Of a stretch of DNA of 64,000 nt, positions 1 to 12,518 are shown piece by piece. The stretch lies in the NCBI GenBank assembly GCA_028534125.1, contig CM052816.1:22012001-22076000 (forward strand), in the 5' to 3' direction. Origin of the DNA: Lama glama. Lineage: Eukaryota. The translations under genes and the position numbers were made by a program. Within the stretch, counting starts at the first letter, position 1. The number at the start of each line of letters is the position of its first letter. The notes beneath the pieces are model-generated. The model was given only the letters and a program-made list of their open reading frames with translations, was not told the origin of the DNA and ran no database searches.

Positions 1-225
1 ATTGAGGGAGAGAAGGGAGGATAGGAGATTCTAGGCCTGATTTGTGGAACATTTCAACAGTTAAAACTTGAGGAGTTGAGAACTAGCAGAGGAGACTGAG
101 AATTGGCCTTTCAGAATAGTAGGAGGAAAAGCAAGAGAGAGTACTTTTTGAGGTGAGCCAAGTGAAGAAAGTATTTTAAGAAGATAGGAGTTTTTGATCA
201 GTTATGTCAAATGCTGCTGATTATG
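1..225 (-). mobile_element. L2 (LINE2) fragment
   Basis: Purine-rich degenerate sequence (gaactagcagaggagactgagaattggcc, gtcaaatgctgctga) typical of antisense L2. Confidence 0.5.
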
Positions 226-2561
226 TAATAAATTGATGTAAAATAAGAAAATAATGAATATAAAATAGAACATAAGGATAACTAAAAAGAAGAAAAAGCA
301 AGGTTTTTTAGAAGTTCATTGGAAAGAAAAATGAGTTCCTAATGGGGAGATGTTTCATATGCACTGTGTCTTACAGGATGTATAAGCTTTTATAAACATA
401 AAGCTTTGAAAATTGGAGATAGTAGGATAGCAAGAAAAACTGATAACCTTGCCACCCAAAGATAACTCATTAACATTTGCTGAAAGTTTTATCAAGGCCT
501 TTTCTATGCGTATTATATTTTGACTTAATTGTGATTGTGCTGGATCCATATTGTTTGAATTATGTGCCTATTTTGAAAATGTCATCATTGTTAACATACA
601 TTTCTCATGTCATTATAAATGGCTCTTAATTATATTTTAGTGGCTTTCCTTCATTCAAGTAATTTTTATATTAGGCCATTTCCGCTTTTTCACAATTATA
701 GCTACACTATAGTTAACATCTTGATGAATTTTCCAGACTATATTTTAGAAGAGAATCTTGTGAATCAGTGGGTATTACTAAAGTTCTTAATCCCTGTGAC
801 AGTATGTGGAAGAGAAAGGATACAAAAAGGAGTAGTGAGAGGTATGGCTAGCAGAGTTAATGGGGACCGGGTCACAAAGAATCTAGAATGCTTGCCAGAA
901 GTTTTGACTGCATTTTTAAGGCTGTCTTCCAATTTTGCTTTAAGAATATTATTTGACAGTATGTTTAAAAGAAACTAGTAAAAGAAACTAGAGATGCAAG
1001 GCTAATTAGAATGGTCCAGAAAGCAGAGGATAAATTTCAGTAACTTAGTGGTGCCTGAGGATTGTCTGCCTCTAGGGAATACACTTTATTATTCACATTA
1101 AATCTGTTAAAAGACAGATAGATCATTAGTAGTATCTTTTTACTGAACAAATGAATAAAATCCGTTTTCATTTACTTTTTTAAGAAGTTCAGTGCTGGTG
1201 ACATTTTCTTCAGTTTGCTACTGTCTCTTTGGAAGTCTGTTGTTGCCAAAGTCAGTACATGTAATATTTAGCTAAGTGGCTGAACTGACATTTGAGTTAC
1301 TGGGAGAGGTGTTTAAGCCTTGTATGAAATTTGAAATAGTCAGGCACTAGAGAACTCATTAAAGGTGACTTTTTAAATGTTTTAATGCTTTGATCATTGT
1401 GCAACCTAAAGTGCACGTTGCAGTGCTTATTTAGTTGCCTGAATGTTCAAGTGTAACATCTCATTTCTTACAAAAGTAGAAAGATAAAGCTGAATGAATG
1501 CTTTCATATAAATGAATAGAACTTAATTTTAAAAGGTCTACAGTTAATTAATCATAGAATATAGTAAATACTGAACCATCCAAATAAGTTACCTTCTAGG
1601 GCCAATTTTCAAACTGTCATTTATTTATTTTTAAGGAAAAGATATGGATTTTATTTCTGAGCACTGTTGGAATTATTTTGAAGTCTTTGCTACTTTTTGA
1701 GATGTATAACATAATTAAAAATTTTATTATTGATGAAACTAAGGAAGAATACTGCTCAATTCTAGCTGAAGAATATTTACTTCTTTATAAATTTGGGAGT
1801 CTCTCAACAGTTTGTAAAAAACATAAAGTGTCACTTTTAACCTATGAAGCTTTTGGATGGTTGTGAACATGATTCTGGCCTGAAGTAGTCTAACCTTCTC
1901 TTAAATATATGTTAAAATTTTTAAAAATCAATTTGTAATTACATAAGTAATGCAAAATTACATTCTCTTGAAAAAGTCTAAAAAATTGCAAAGTTCTTTC
2001 TGATATCCATGTCCTAATCCTGATCCCCTTTTCATCTGCCTAAAAGCAGGGCTTCTCAAACTTGGCTAAATACGTTTTTAGGAAGGTAAAAATTACTTGT
2101 AACTTGTTATATCTTTCAGTAGAATCTTTTTATTGTAGATTTTAAAAAAGGATTTATTTAACAAAACTATTATCTATGAAATATGAGCAAAAACCAGGAG
2201 CTGCTATTTTTGAATTATCACTGTATGTTGTTCTGTTTGGGGGGAAAAAAAGCAGTTTTGTGTAACCCAGAAACTGTCAACATCAGTTTCCTTGTGTGTT
2301 GACATTCTGTGGTTTGACAGTTACAATAGGAGGCTTAACATTTGAAAATTTTCAGTTTTGTTATATTAATTAATGACTAAAGTTGCAAAGAAAAAGGAAA
2401 GAAAGCCACCATAAATATGTGTGGCTTCTTTATAACTATCTAGATAAGAATGGTGGTAGTGTCGTGGAAATATGTGACTTTGTCGTTCACTTTTTTTTTT
2501 GTTTTGTTTCCATATTTTGCCCATAATCAGTGTAAGAATTAACTATTTGGTTGCTTTCAAG

Positions 2562-2647
2562 GCTATGAAAATGAGCCGGAGATCAGCTGATGCCAGTCAG
2601 AGGAGTTTGGCATATAATCGAATAGTTGATGCCCTAAATGAATTCAG
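2562..2647 (+). CDS. FNIP1: FNIP1 internal coding exon (human exon 11 equivalent), [28 protein letters not shown](R)
   Basis: Acceptor ttgctttcaAG|GCT, donor TTCAG|gtacat; 86 nt; translation matches recalled FNIP1 and joins in frame (AG|A = Arg) to the exon at 15782. Confidence 0.95.
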
Positions 2648-3696
2648 GTACATATTCTCCAGCTTTTCATAATATAGAGTTGTTTCACAGTGTGCACAGG
2701 AAGATTTATTGATTTTCTTTACCTTATCCTAATAAAAGTTTAATTCTTTAAATTTCTCTGTCTCATAGTCAAATCAGGGTGTAATTCAGTAGGCCAGTGG
2801 CTCCTGTTCTACTAAATATCAAAAAATGCTTGGAATTCAGGCACATTTGGGAGCAATCCATGGTATGGTTTTTAGCATTGGGCAGTTACCTAAGCAAATA
2901 TGACCAGAAGCGACCCTTGTTTTAGCAGAAATGTACTTTGTCCTTTCTTGGGCTTCTAGATGTAAGGACTGGTTAAGTGTTGTTTAACCAGTAATAGTAA
3001 TCACAGGTTCTTAGATCTATGGAATACAAGGATACATGGATATAGGGAATAGGAACTTGATATTCCATATAGCGCTGTTGTTTAATCCTTTCTCTAGATA
3101 TGGCAAAGCAAATAGTATTTCCTCTGACAGGATTTTCTAGCACAACAAAACTTGTGCCTGGAGCTTTAGCAAGTGGTATAATGGCACTCTAATTATGGCA
3201 AGGAAACATATTATGTGTGAACTTATGTTGGGAATTACACTACGTGACTGATGAGTGTCTCCCTCAAAGAGATTCATTTCAGGTTTCCTTCATCCTCTCA
3301 TCCTCTCGGTGTTTCCTCCTTTAGACTGGAGAAATAGTATAGCACATAGGGCAGGAACTCAGACGTGAGTATCTGACAGGCCTTGTTCTAACCTGACTCT
3401 GCCTTTTCCCACCGCTGATGACCTTGGGCAGATTTCTGTTAGCATTTTTGACCCTTAGTTTTCTTGTGTACAGTCTGTAAACTCAATTTAGTAATAATCT
3501 AATAGATTGTTGTAAGGATAGAGTGAGGTAATGTATGTAAACTACTTAACAGAATGCCTGACATCAATGACAGCACTATTTTCTATGACAAATATAACCT
3601 ACAGCAGTGCTTCTCAAAAGTCATTCACAACTTACCTTTACAGTTTCGCCAAATCTGCATATCATTTATGCCATTTAAATTTGTTTCTCTTTGAAG

Positions 3697-3780
3697 TTGT
3701 GCTGTACACCAGAAATTGACACAGCATTGTAAACTTACTATATGTCAATAAATATATATAGATGAAAACAAACAAAAAAT
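3697..3780 (+). mobile_element. Very short 5'-truncated young L1 3' tail (camelid type)
   Basis: gctgtacaccagaaattgacacagcattgtaaac...caataaa plus A-rich tail; same motif at 28320-28380; flanking direct repeat TGTTTCTCTTT at 3682-3692 and 3785-3795. Confidence 0.7.
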
Positions 3781-6700
3781 CTAATGTTTCTCTTTAAATT
3801 GACACTCTTTTATAGCTAAATAAGTATATTTCAAAATGAAACTTTATGTATCATTACCCTAAATGGAGAATCAATATCCTTTGCTATAATGAAGCTATAA
3901 AAATGAATGTATAATAATTAAAATTAAAAGTATGTATCTGCGTACCACCTAAGGTATAGTATCATCAGTTGTCCATATACCTCACTTTTGTTCATTGGCT
4001 AATGGTATGTGGTCCCTTATTGGGTCAGGGATCTTCTGGATTGTTTTTTTTTTTTTTTTTTAAATATGAACTATTATGTTTTGAAGCGAAAGCCTGTTTT
4101 AGCTTGTGATATTGCAGGATTGCTGTGGTGAAACTGTAGGCATGTCATATATATACTTTGTAATGAAGATGACTAAGGAGTGGTGTATTAAGTAAATTTG
4201 ATAGTAAGAGAAAACTCATGTTTGTTTTCAGCTTTGCTCCTTTTTTATTTTTTATTTTTCTCATACTGTGTTAAACCACACTGAAAATAAATCTGGTATT
4301 CTTTTTTAAACTTTCTCTCAAAAGGAGAGATTTCATTGCCTCAGCAATTTTCTAGAAACTTTGAATTTACAAAATAACTTATTTTCCTGATTATAGAAGG
4401 TTTTTGTGTAATTTTTAAGTTGGAATTACAGATAACTGTTAAATAGAGATTGTATGGTAAAAATAACCTAAATTGATATGGAATATTTTATCATATTTGT
4501 AGTTTCTTTAAATTGAAAAAGTTTACTTTATGGCTGTTGTGTAATATTATCTGCTACATTCAGTTATTAAGAAGAAAATTTGCTAGTCTTTCATCTTTTA
4601 TTATAATTTTTAGGGTAAAAGACATTAAAAGTGACTTTATATATCTTGCTTTTTTATGCAGTAAACACAGTAGTTACTGAAAATGTAGAGAGAAACATAT
4701 TAGAGAATTCAGTTTCAACTTATTTCATTTTTTGTCTTGGAAGGAAATAATTTACACAGGTAAAAATTATATTAGAGATGATATTTCTGTCATATATGTA
4801 TGTTAACATATTCACTTTAGATCTTCCCTAAGTTATCAAAAGAAGCATGCAAGCAAATTGTACAGTATTTTAAAAGAATTTTATTGAGGTAAAAGAAAAA
4901 CGTAACATTAAATTTAACATCTTAACTATTTTTGAGTGTATAATTTAGTAGTGTTAAGTGTATTCACATTGTGTAACAAATCTCTTTAATTTTTTCAACT
5001 TGTAACATTAAGACTGTATACACTAAACACTAATTTAGCAACAGTATTTTTAATCAGTGTGTTCCTTTATTTCATTGGCATCTTCACTCTTAATTTATAT
5101 GTGAATGATGTGCAAAGTTATTCATGATTTTATTTGTTTATACCTGTACCTTAAGAATTCAGGTTACCATATTTCAAGGTGCCACTCGTGATTAAATCAA
5201 GTTTTATATACACAAAAGTTTCTTTTAGATGAAATGTAGAGGAAATAAAGTACATTTCCTTAATATTTCTGGAGGGAAATTTGAACAAATTTAATTATCT
5301 CACTTTGACTGATTGGCTGTTTATTTTATCCACATAACGTCTCAATTTATATAGATGTCTGTGTGTTTCTCAGTTTACATAGATGTCTTTGTGTGTTTAA
5401 TGTGAAAGCTCAAAATTTGATAATTTTCTGAACACAAGGTGATAGAAGTAATTTTAATGTCAGAATATTTAAGATCAGAATTCCTTTGAAGTATATTTTT
5501 TATATATAAATGTTAAGATACTTTTGCACGATTCAAGAGGTAAATTATACTGAGTTGCTTAAACCAAATGTTAATGATTTAGGCTGCATTAGATAAATTT
5601 CCTATCAGTTCATTTGATATTTCAGTAAGTGTCATACAGTTAAAAAAAAAAAAAGGACACATTAGCATCAATATAAGTGCTTTTCTATTTTCTCAATGTT
5701 GAATAAAATTAACTGAGACCAGATTAATTACAGGTGACAGAACTCCAGCCAGCACATTTTATTTGGCCTCTTTTTTTGACAAACATTTGAACCTCTAGAC
5801 CATTAAGTCAGACAAACACTGTCTGGTTTGCCATAAGCTGTATCTCTCCTAGTTGTATTAACCCATGTATAATTTTGTACCTGCTTGGCCTCTGAGGATT
5901 ATTAAAGTTTAGACTTCTGTTTTAGGGGTTGGTGATTTATATCCATTAATCTAGACCTCATTATCTTTTAGTCTGTAAATTCAGTCTGATTCTCTTGCAT
6001 TTTTCTGAAATTACCCATGTTTGTATCTCTGGAGTCCCATACAGGCTGAATAATGAATAATCTTTATCTTTTCTTCTTGAGTTGGAAATGGGGGTGAAAG
6101 GCAACAAAACAAGCTGCCAGAAAAGTAGTAAATTCTGGGACATAGTTATCTATTATATCCTCTGTTTCTTGGCCACTCTGTATTATTAAGAGTATAAATT
6201 GCTTAATTTCACAAATTTTATGTATGTATATATAAAAATATATACATATGTAGATATATGTGTGTATATTTACACATTTAATTAGTAGACTTAATGCTAA
6301 CAGTTTCAGATTTACAGAAAAATTGACCAAACAGTTCAGAGAGTTTTTCATATAGCCCTCTCCCCTAGGTTTCACTGCTGATTAACATATTGCATTAGGG
6401 TGGTATATTTGTTATAATTAGTGAACCAATATTGATATATTATTATTAACTAAAGTCCATAATCTACATTGAATTCCATTTTTTTATTGTACATTTGTAT
6501 GGGTTTTGACAAATGCATAATGTTACGTGTCCACCATTACAGTATCAGACACGATAGTTTCACCATTGTAAAAATCTCCTGTGCTTCACTTATTCATTCT
6601 TTCTCCCTTCCTGCTAACACCCTGGCAGCCACTGGCCATAGTATGTACCCTTTACAGACTGGTTCCTTGACTTAGCAATATGCAATTAAGTTCTTCTACG

Positions 6701-8932
6701 TCTTTTTGTGGCTTAATGGCTCACTTATTTAAAAAAACTCACTGTATTGTATCACATTTTGTGGATATACTACAGTTTGTCCATTGACCTGTTGAAGAAC
6801 ATCTTGATTGCTTACAGCTTGTGGTGATTATGCATAGAGCTTTTCTAAACATTCATGTATGGGGTTTTGTGTGGACTTAAGTTTTCAGTTCAACTGGGTA
6901 AATACCTAGGAGCATAACTGCTATAGATGATCACAAAAACTGTGTTTGGATTTGCAAGAAAGTGTCAAATATTCTCCTAAAGTGACTGTACCATCTTGCA
7001 TTCCCACTAGCAGTTAATAAGAGTTTCTTTTGTTCCATGTGCTTGTCAGCATTTTATATTGTGAGTTAAAAATTTTTTTTGTGCCATTCTGATAGATGTA
7101 TAGTGATCTCATTGTTTCAATTTGCAGTTTCCTAATGACATAAGATGTTGAGCATCTTTTCAAATATTTATTTGCCATCTGTATATCTTTCTGGGTGAGG
7201 TATCTGTTCAGTCTTTTGCCCATTTTTAAATTGGCTTGTTGGTTTTCTTACTCAGTTTTTGTTTTATTTTATGTATCGATCCTTTGTCAGATCTGTGTTT
7301 TGTGTATATTTTCTTTTAGTCTGTGTCCTGTCTTCTTATTCTCCTAGTATTTTTCACAGAGCAGAGTTTTAAATTTTATTAGAGTCCAACTTAACAATTT
7401 TTTTTCCTGAATAGTGCCTCTGGTGTTATATCTGAAAACTCATTACTTAACACAAGATTGTTTAAATTTTCTCCTTTATTATGCTCTAGATGTTTTATGA
7501 TTTTGCATTTACATTTATGTCTATAATCCATTTTGAAATTTTTTGTGTGTGAAAGCTATAAGGTCTTTGTCTAGATCCATATTTTTGCATATGGGTGTCC
7601 ACTTGTTCCAGCATCATTTGTTGAAGAGACTATCTTTATCTTTGCTCCATTGTATTGCTTTTGCTCCTTTGTCAAATACCAGTTAAGTTTATTTGTGGGG
7701 CTCTATTTTTGGTCTCTTTTGTTCTGTTGATCTACTAGTTCTGTTGATCTACTTGATCTGTTGATCTACAGTAGAACTTTTACCAGTATCATACTGTCTT
7801 GATTACTGTAGCTTTATAGTAAGTCTTGAAGTCAGATAATATGAGTCCTCCAAATTTCTTTTCCTTCAGTGTTGTGTTGGTTGTTCTGGATTATTTGCCT
7901 CTCCAAACTTTAGAATCAGTTTGTTGATATCCACAAAATAGTTTGCTGGGATTTTGACTGAGATTGAATTGAATCTGTAGATTAAATTGGGAAAAATTGG
8001 CATCTTAGCAATAGTGAGACTTCCTGACCATGAACATGAAATAATTTTCTATTTGTTTAGATAGATCTTATTTGATTTTTTAATCTAAGTTTTGTAGTTT
8101 TCCTCTTATAGATTTTGTACGTTTTAAAAAGATTTATACCTAAATATTTAAGGGTTTTTTTTATTCATTAATATTAATGATACTTTGTTTATAATTTCAA
8201 ATTTCAACTGTTTATTGATGGTGTATAAGAACGAAGTTGGCTTTTGTATATTAACCTTATATCCTGCAACCTTGCTGTAATTACTTATTAACTCCAGGAG
8301 TTTTTTGTTTCTTGTTTTGTCACTTTCTTTAGATTTTCTACATAAGCAATCATGTCATCTGTGAATAAAGACAGGTTTATGTCTTCTTTCTTAATTTGTA
8401 TACCTTTTATTTATTTTACTTGCCTTATAGCCTTAGCCAGAACTTCTAGTACAATGTAGAAAAACAGTGGTGATAGGGGATATCCTTCCTTTGTACCAGA
8501 TCTTAGTGGAAAATTTTCAAGTTTTTCATCATTGAGTAAGAGGTTAGATTTCTTATTGATACCCTTTTTCAAGTTGAAGAAGTTCTCCTTTTATTCCTGG
8601 TTTGCTGAGAGTTATTAATTATTGGTTCAATTTTTAAAATATGTATAGGACTATTCAAGTTACCTATTTTTTCTTAAGTGTAGCTAGTTTTCTGTGTTTC
8701 AAGGAATTGGTTTGGTTCATCTAAGTCATCTAATTTGCAAGCCTAGAATTATTCATATTTCTTAATTATCCTTTTAATGTCCATTGATCAGTAGTGATAG
8801 ATTCCTCTTTCATTTTTTATGTTAGTAGTTTGTGTCATTTCTCTTTTTTCTTGATTATCTTGAATATACAAGTTATCGGTTTTATTGATTATTGATCTTT
8901 TCAAAGAACTGGATTTTGTTTTGTTGATTTTT

Positions 8933-9054
8933 TTTTTTTTTGGTTGGGGGAGGTAATTAGGTTTATTTATTTTTAGAAAAGGTACTGGGAAATGAACCCA
9001 GGACCTCGTGTATGCTAAGCATGCACTCTGCCACTTGAGATATACCCTTCCCCC
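8933..9054 (-). mobile_element. tRNA-derived SINE (camelid Vic-1-like) nested in L1
   Basis: Reverse complement resembles the SINE at 21425 (A/B boxes, CTTAGCAT, cctaattacctccccc, poly-A); TSD TTGTTGATTTTT at 8921-8932 and 9055-9066. Confidence 0.85.
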
Positions 9055-9191
9055 TTGTTGATTTTTAATATATTGATTTTCTATATTTTATTTCAGTGAT
9101 TTTCTATTTGTTTTCTCTTACTTGCTTTAGTTTTATAGTTTATCTTTCTCTAATTTCCTAAAGTTAAAGCTTAGATTATTGCCTTTAGAGC

Positions 9192-9246
9192 TTTCTTTTG
9201 TCTTTTCTTTCTTTTCTTTCTTTTCTTTCTTTTCTTTTCTTTCTTT

Positions 9247-9321
<75 letters not shown>
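9192..9321 (+). repeat. (TTTC)n/(TTTTC)n microsatellite
   Basis: Directly visible tandem repeat; it accounts for the spurious KERK-rich ORF 9185..9430. Confidence 0.95.
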
Positions 9322-9887
9322 CTAAAATCACATCTATTAAGTCAGTAAAATAGAAGGTTCTAATTCCTGTAGTATTTAAGCTAGCTTTGATTTTTTTCTT
9401 TCTCTGTCTCTCTTTTTTTTTTTTTAACATTTTTTATTGAGTTATTCTTTTTTCTTTAATATATGCCTTTACTGCTAAAAAGTTCCCTCCAAGGGCTACT
9501 TTTGCTACATCCCACAAATTTTGTTAAGTTGAATTTTTATTTAATTCAAAATATTTTTAAATTTTTCACGAAATTTCTTCTTTGATCATATGTTATGTAG
9601 AAGAGTATTGTTAAATCTCCAAGTACTTCGGGATTTTCCACCTATTTTCCTTTCATTAATTTCTAGTTTAGTTTCATTGTGGTCTGAGAGCATATATTGT
9701 GTGATTTCTTTAAATTTCTTTTAAATTTGTTGACATGTGTTTTAAGGTCCAGAATATGGTTTATTTTGGTGAATGTTCCATGTACCCTTGAGAAGAATGT
9801 ATGTTCTTTTGTTTTGGGATGAAGTATTCCACAAATGTCAGATCTAGTTGACTGTTGGTACTGTTCAGCTCAAATGTATCCTTACTA

Positions 9888-10167
9888 AAAGGCTCAAACT
9901 TTCAGTCATAAGGTAAATAAGTTCTGGGGATGTAATATAGTATGGTGACTATAGTTAACAATACTGTATTGTATATTTGAAAGTTGCTAAGAGAGTAGAT
10001 CTTAAAAATTCTCATTGTAAGAAAAATTTTTTTTATAACTTAGCAAAGTGATGTTAACTAAACTTATTGAGGTAATCATTTCACAATACATGCATATATC
10101 AAATCATTAGACATTTTAAACTAATACAATATCATATGTCAATTATATCTCAATAAGCTTGGAAAAA
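9888..10167 (+). mobile_element. L1 3' end (L1MA9-like), sense orientation, inserted into the older L1
   Basis: ataagttctggggatgtaatat...gttgctaagagagtagatcttaaa...caattatatctcaataa, a typical L1MA 3'UTR. Confidence 0.8.
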
Positions 10168-10271
10168 GCCAAACTATTTCTTACTGATTTTCTGCCTGCT
10201 GAATATATATCATTTTCTGATAGAGGAGTGTTGAAGTTTCTAACTGTGATACTGTATTTACCTGTTAGTTT

Positions 10272-10595
10272 TATTTTCCAGTTTTTATTGAGATATAATT
10301 GACATACAGCACTGTGTAACTTTAAGGTATTCAGGATAATGATCTCTCTTACATACATCATGAAATGATTATCACAATAAGTTAGTGAACATCCATCATC
10401 TCATATAGATACAAAATTAAAGAAATAGAAAAAATTATTTTTCTTGTGAAGAGAACTCTTAGGATTTACTCTCTTAACAACTTTCAAGAAATATTCAGCA
10501 GTGTTGATTGTATTTATCTTGTATGTTACCTCCCTAGTACTTATTTATCTTACAACTGGAAGTTTATATTCCCTCTCCCCACTCCTCGTCCCCTA
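10272..10595 (-). mobile_element. L1 3' end (L1MA-like), antisense
   Basis: ttttattgagatataattgacatacagcactgtg... is the reverse complement of an L1 3' terminus. Confidence 0.75.
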
Positions 10596-10675
10596 GGCCT
10601 TTCAGTTTTGGCCTTACATATGTTGATTCTCTCTTGTTAATAAGTACATACATGTTAAGGATTCTTATGTCTTCA

Positions 10676-11200
10676 GTCATTGCCAAGACAGATGTCAAGG
10701 AGCCCACCCCTTATGTTTTCCTCTAATGTTATGGTTCAGGTCTTGTGTTCAAGCTTTTTAATCCATTTTGAGTTGATTTTTGTGTATGGTATAAGATGGC
10801 AGTCCAGTCATTCTTTTACATGTGGCTGCCTAGTTTTCCCAAAACCGTTTATTGAATAGGTTATCCTGTCTCCATCATATATTCTTCCCTCCTTTATCAT
10901 AAATTAAGTGGCCATACATGCATGGATTTATTTCTGGGCTCTCTATTCTGTTCCATTGATTTATGTGTCTGTTTTTATGCCAATACCATACTGTTTGGAT
11001 TACTCTGGTTTTGTAATATAGTTTGAAATCAGGACGCATGATACCTCCAGGTTTGTTCTTCTTTCTCATGATTGTTTTGACTATTCAGGATTTTACCTGA
11101 TTCTATACAAATTTTAGGATTGTTCTGTTTCTGTGAAAAATGCCATTGAAGTTTTGTTAGTTGCATTAAATTTGTAGATTGTTTTGGATAGTGTGAGCAT
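10676..11200 (-). mobile_element. L1 ORF2 fragment
   Basis: ORF 10875..11069: [47 protein letters not shown], an L1 ORF2 segment. Confidence 0.9.
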
Positions 11201-11870
11201 GGTTTTATTCGAGTTGTTTAGCTGACTTTGGACTAGAATTAATATAAATACATGTTTTGAACAATTCTCTTTGCTTGGTTACCTAAAAGAATCCTGCAGT
11301 ATTTTTTTTTTAAGTTCTACATTTTGTGGTATTACAAAGCAATACATGTTTGCCTTTGCACTTTGAGCTGTATCTTGCATTATTGGATTACAGTTTCTTT
11401 TTTGCAGTCACAAGCTTTGTGGCAGAAGGTCAAGAATCCTTATTTGAGCTCTGAGGAAACATTATAGATCCAGTTAAGGTTACCAGAATAGTAAATAATG
11501 TCATAAGACTCATTCCTGGTAGAATACTGATCTTGCTCTTAGGTTATATTCACCATTTTTATTTAAAATTTTTTTGTGTTAAACATTTCTGAGTTAATTG
11601 CTGTGATATAGGGTAGTATGAATGGCCTAGCCTTAAATTTTTAATATTACTTAGAATTTACAACATGTATGAGTTATAAAATAATTGTAAATATATGTCC
11701 TGATTGTGTACCTTCCCTTGTTGTATTAATTTGATTATTTTACTTCAGTCACTGGGCAAATCTGAAAGACTGTATAAAACAGTGAAGCATTCATACAGTA
11801 TTTAAAAAATACTTTATAAACTCTTAGAGTTTTTACTAAGAGGTCTATCTGTAATATACTTTTAATATTA

Positions 11871-12518
11871 CAATTGATCCTTATTATTTACAGAGTCTGT
11901 ATTTGTGAAGTCACCTACTTGCTAAAATTTATTTATAACCCTTAAGTATACCTACAGTGCTTTTATGATCATTTGTAGACATGTGCAGAGCATTGAAAAT
12001 TTTGAGTGTCCTGACACACACATACCCACATGAGGTCAAACAAGGCAGTGTTCTGCCTTCTTGTTTCAGCTCTCATTCTGTAAAGAAGCGTCCTTTTCAT
12101 GATCTGTTTAGTGCCACTTTTTTTTAAAGCACTTTTTTACTTTTTCTTTGTGATTTTGCTATGAAAAATGGCCCCAAAGCATAGTGCTGAAATGCTATCT
12201 AATGTTTCTAAGTGCAGAAAGTTGTGATGTGCCTTAAAGAGAAAATACATGTGTTAGGTAAACTTTGTTAAAATGTAAGACATAGTGCTGTTGCCTGTGA
12301 ATTCATTGTTAATGAATCAACAGTATATTAAATAAGGTGTCTTTAAAGAGAAACCCACATGAAACAAGATTATGTACTGATGTATTGTCAGAAATGTGAC
12401 CAAAGGCTCACAGGAACCTAATCCCATATTTTTCCCTAGAAACAGTGAGTGATTGTTTACTAATTCAATATTTGTGTTGACTTTATGGAACATTATTGCA
12501 AATAATGAGAATCTATCA
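11871..12518. mobile_element. TcMar-Tigger DNA transposon relic (Tigger4/Zombi-like)
   Basis: Start caattgatccttattatttacagagtctgtatttgtgaagtcacctacttgctaaaatttattt, end aaataatgagaatctatca; degenerate terminal inverted repeats flanked by TA. Confidence 0.7.

Larger units (their letters stand above)
6280..9885 (-). mobile_element. Old L1 (L1MC/L1MB-like) 3'UTR plus degraded ORF2, antisense, with nested insertions; resumes briefly near 10180-10265 and 10600-10675
   Basis: ORF 7014..7223 (-) is L1 ORF2 C-terminus-like (KDIQMANKYLKRCSTS); long T-rich L1 antisense signature. Confidence 0.85.

Noticed and set aside
619..978. 119-aa plus-strand ORF near the window start
   Set aside because: No similarity to FNIP1 or any protein I recognise; it overlaps degenerate L1/L2-like intronic sequence.
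9185..9430. Lys/Glu/Arg-rich 81-aa ORF
   Set aside because: It is the translation of the (TTTC)n microsatellite.
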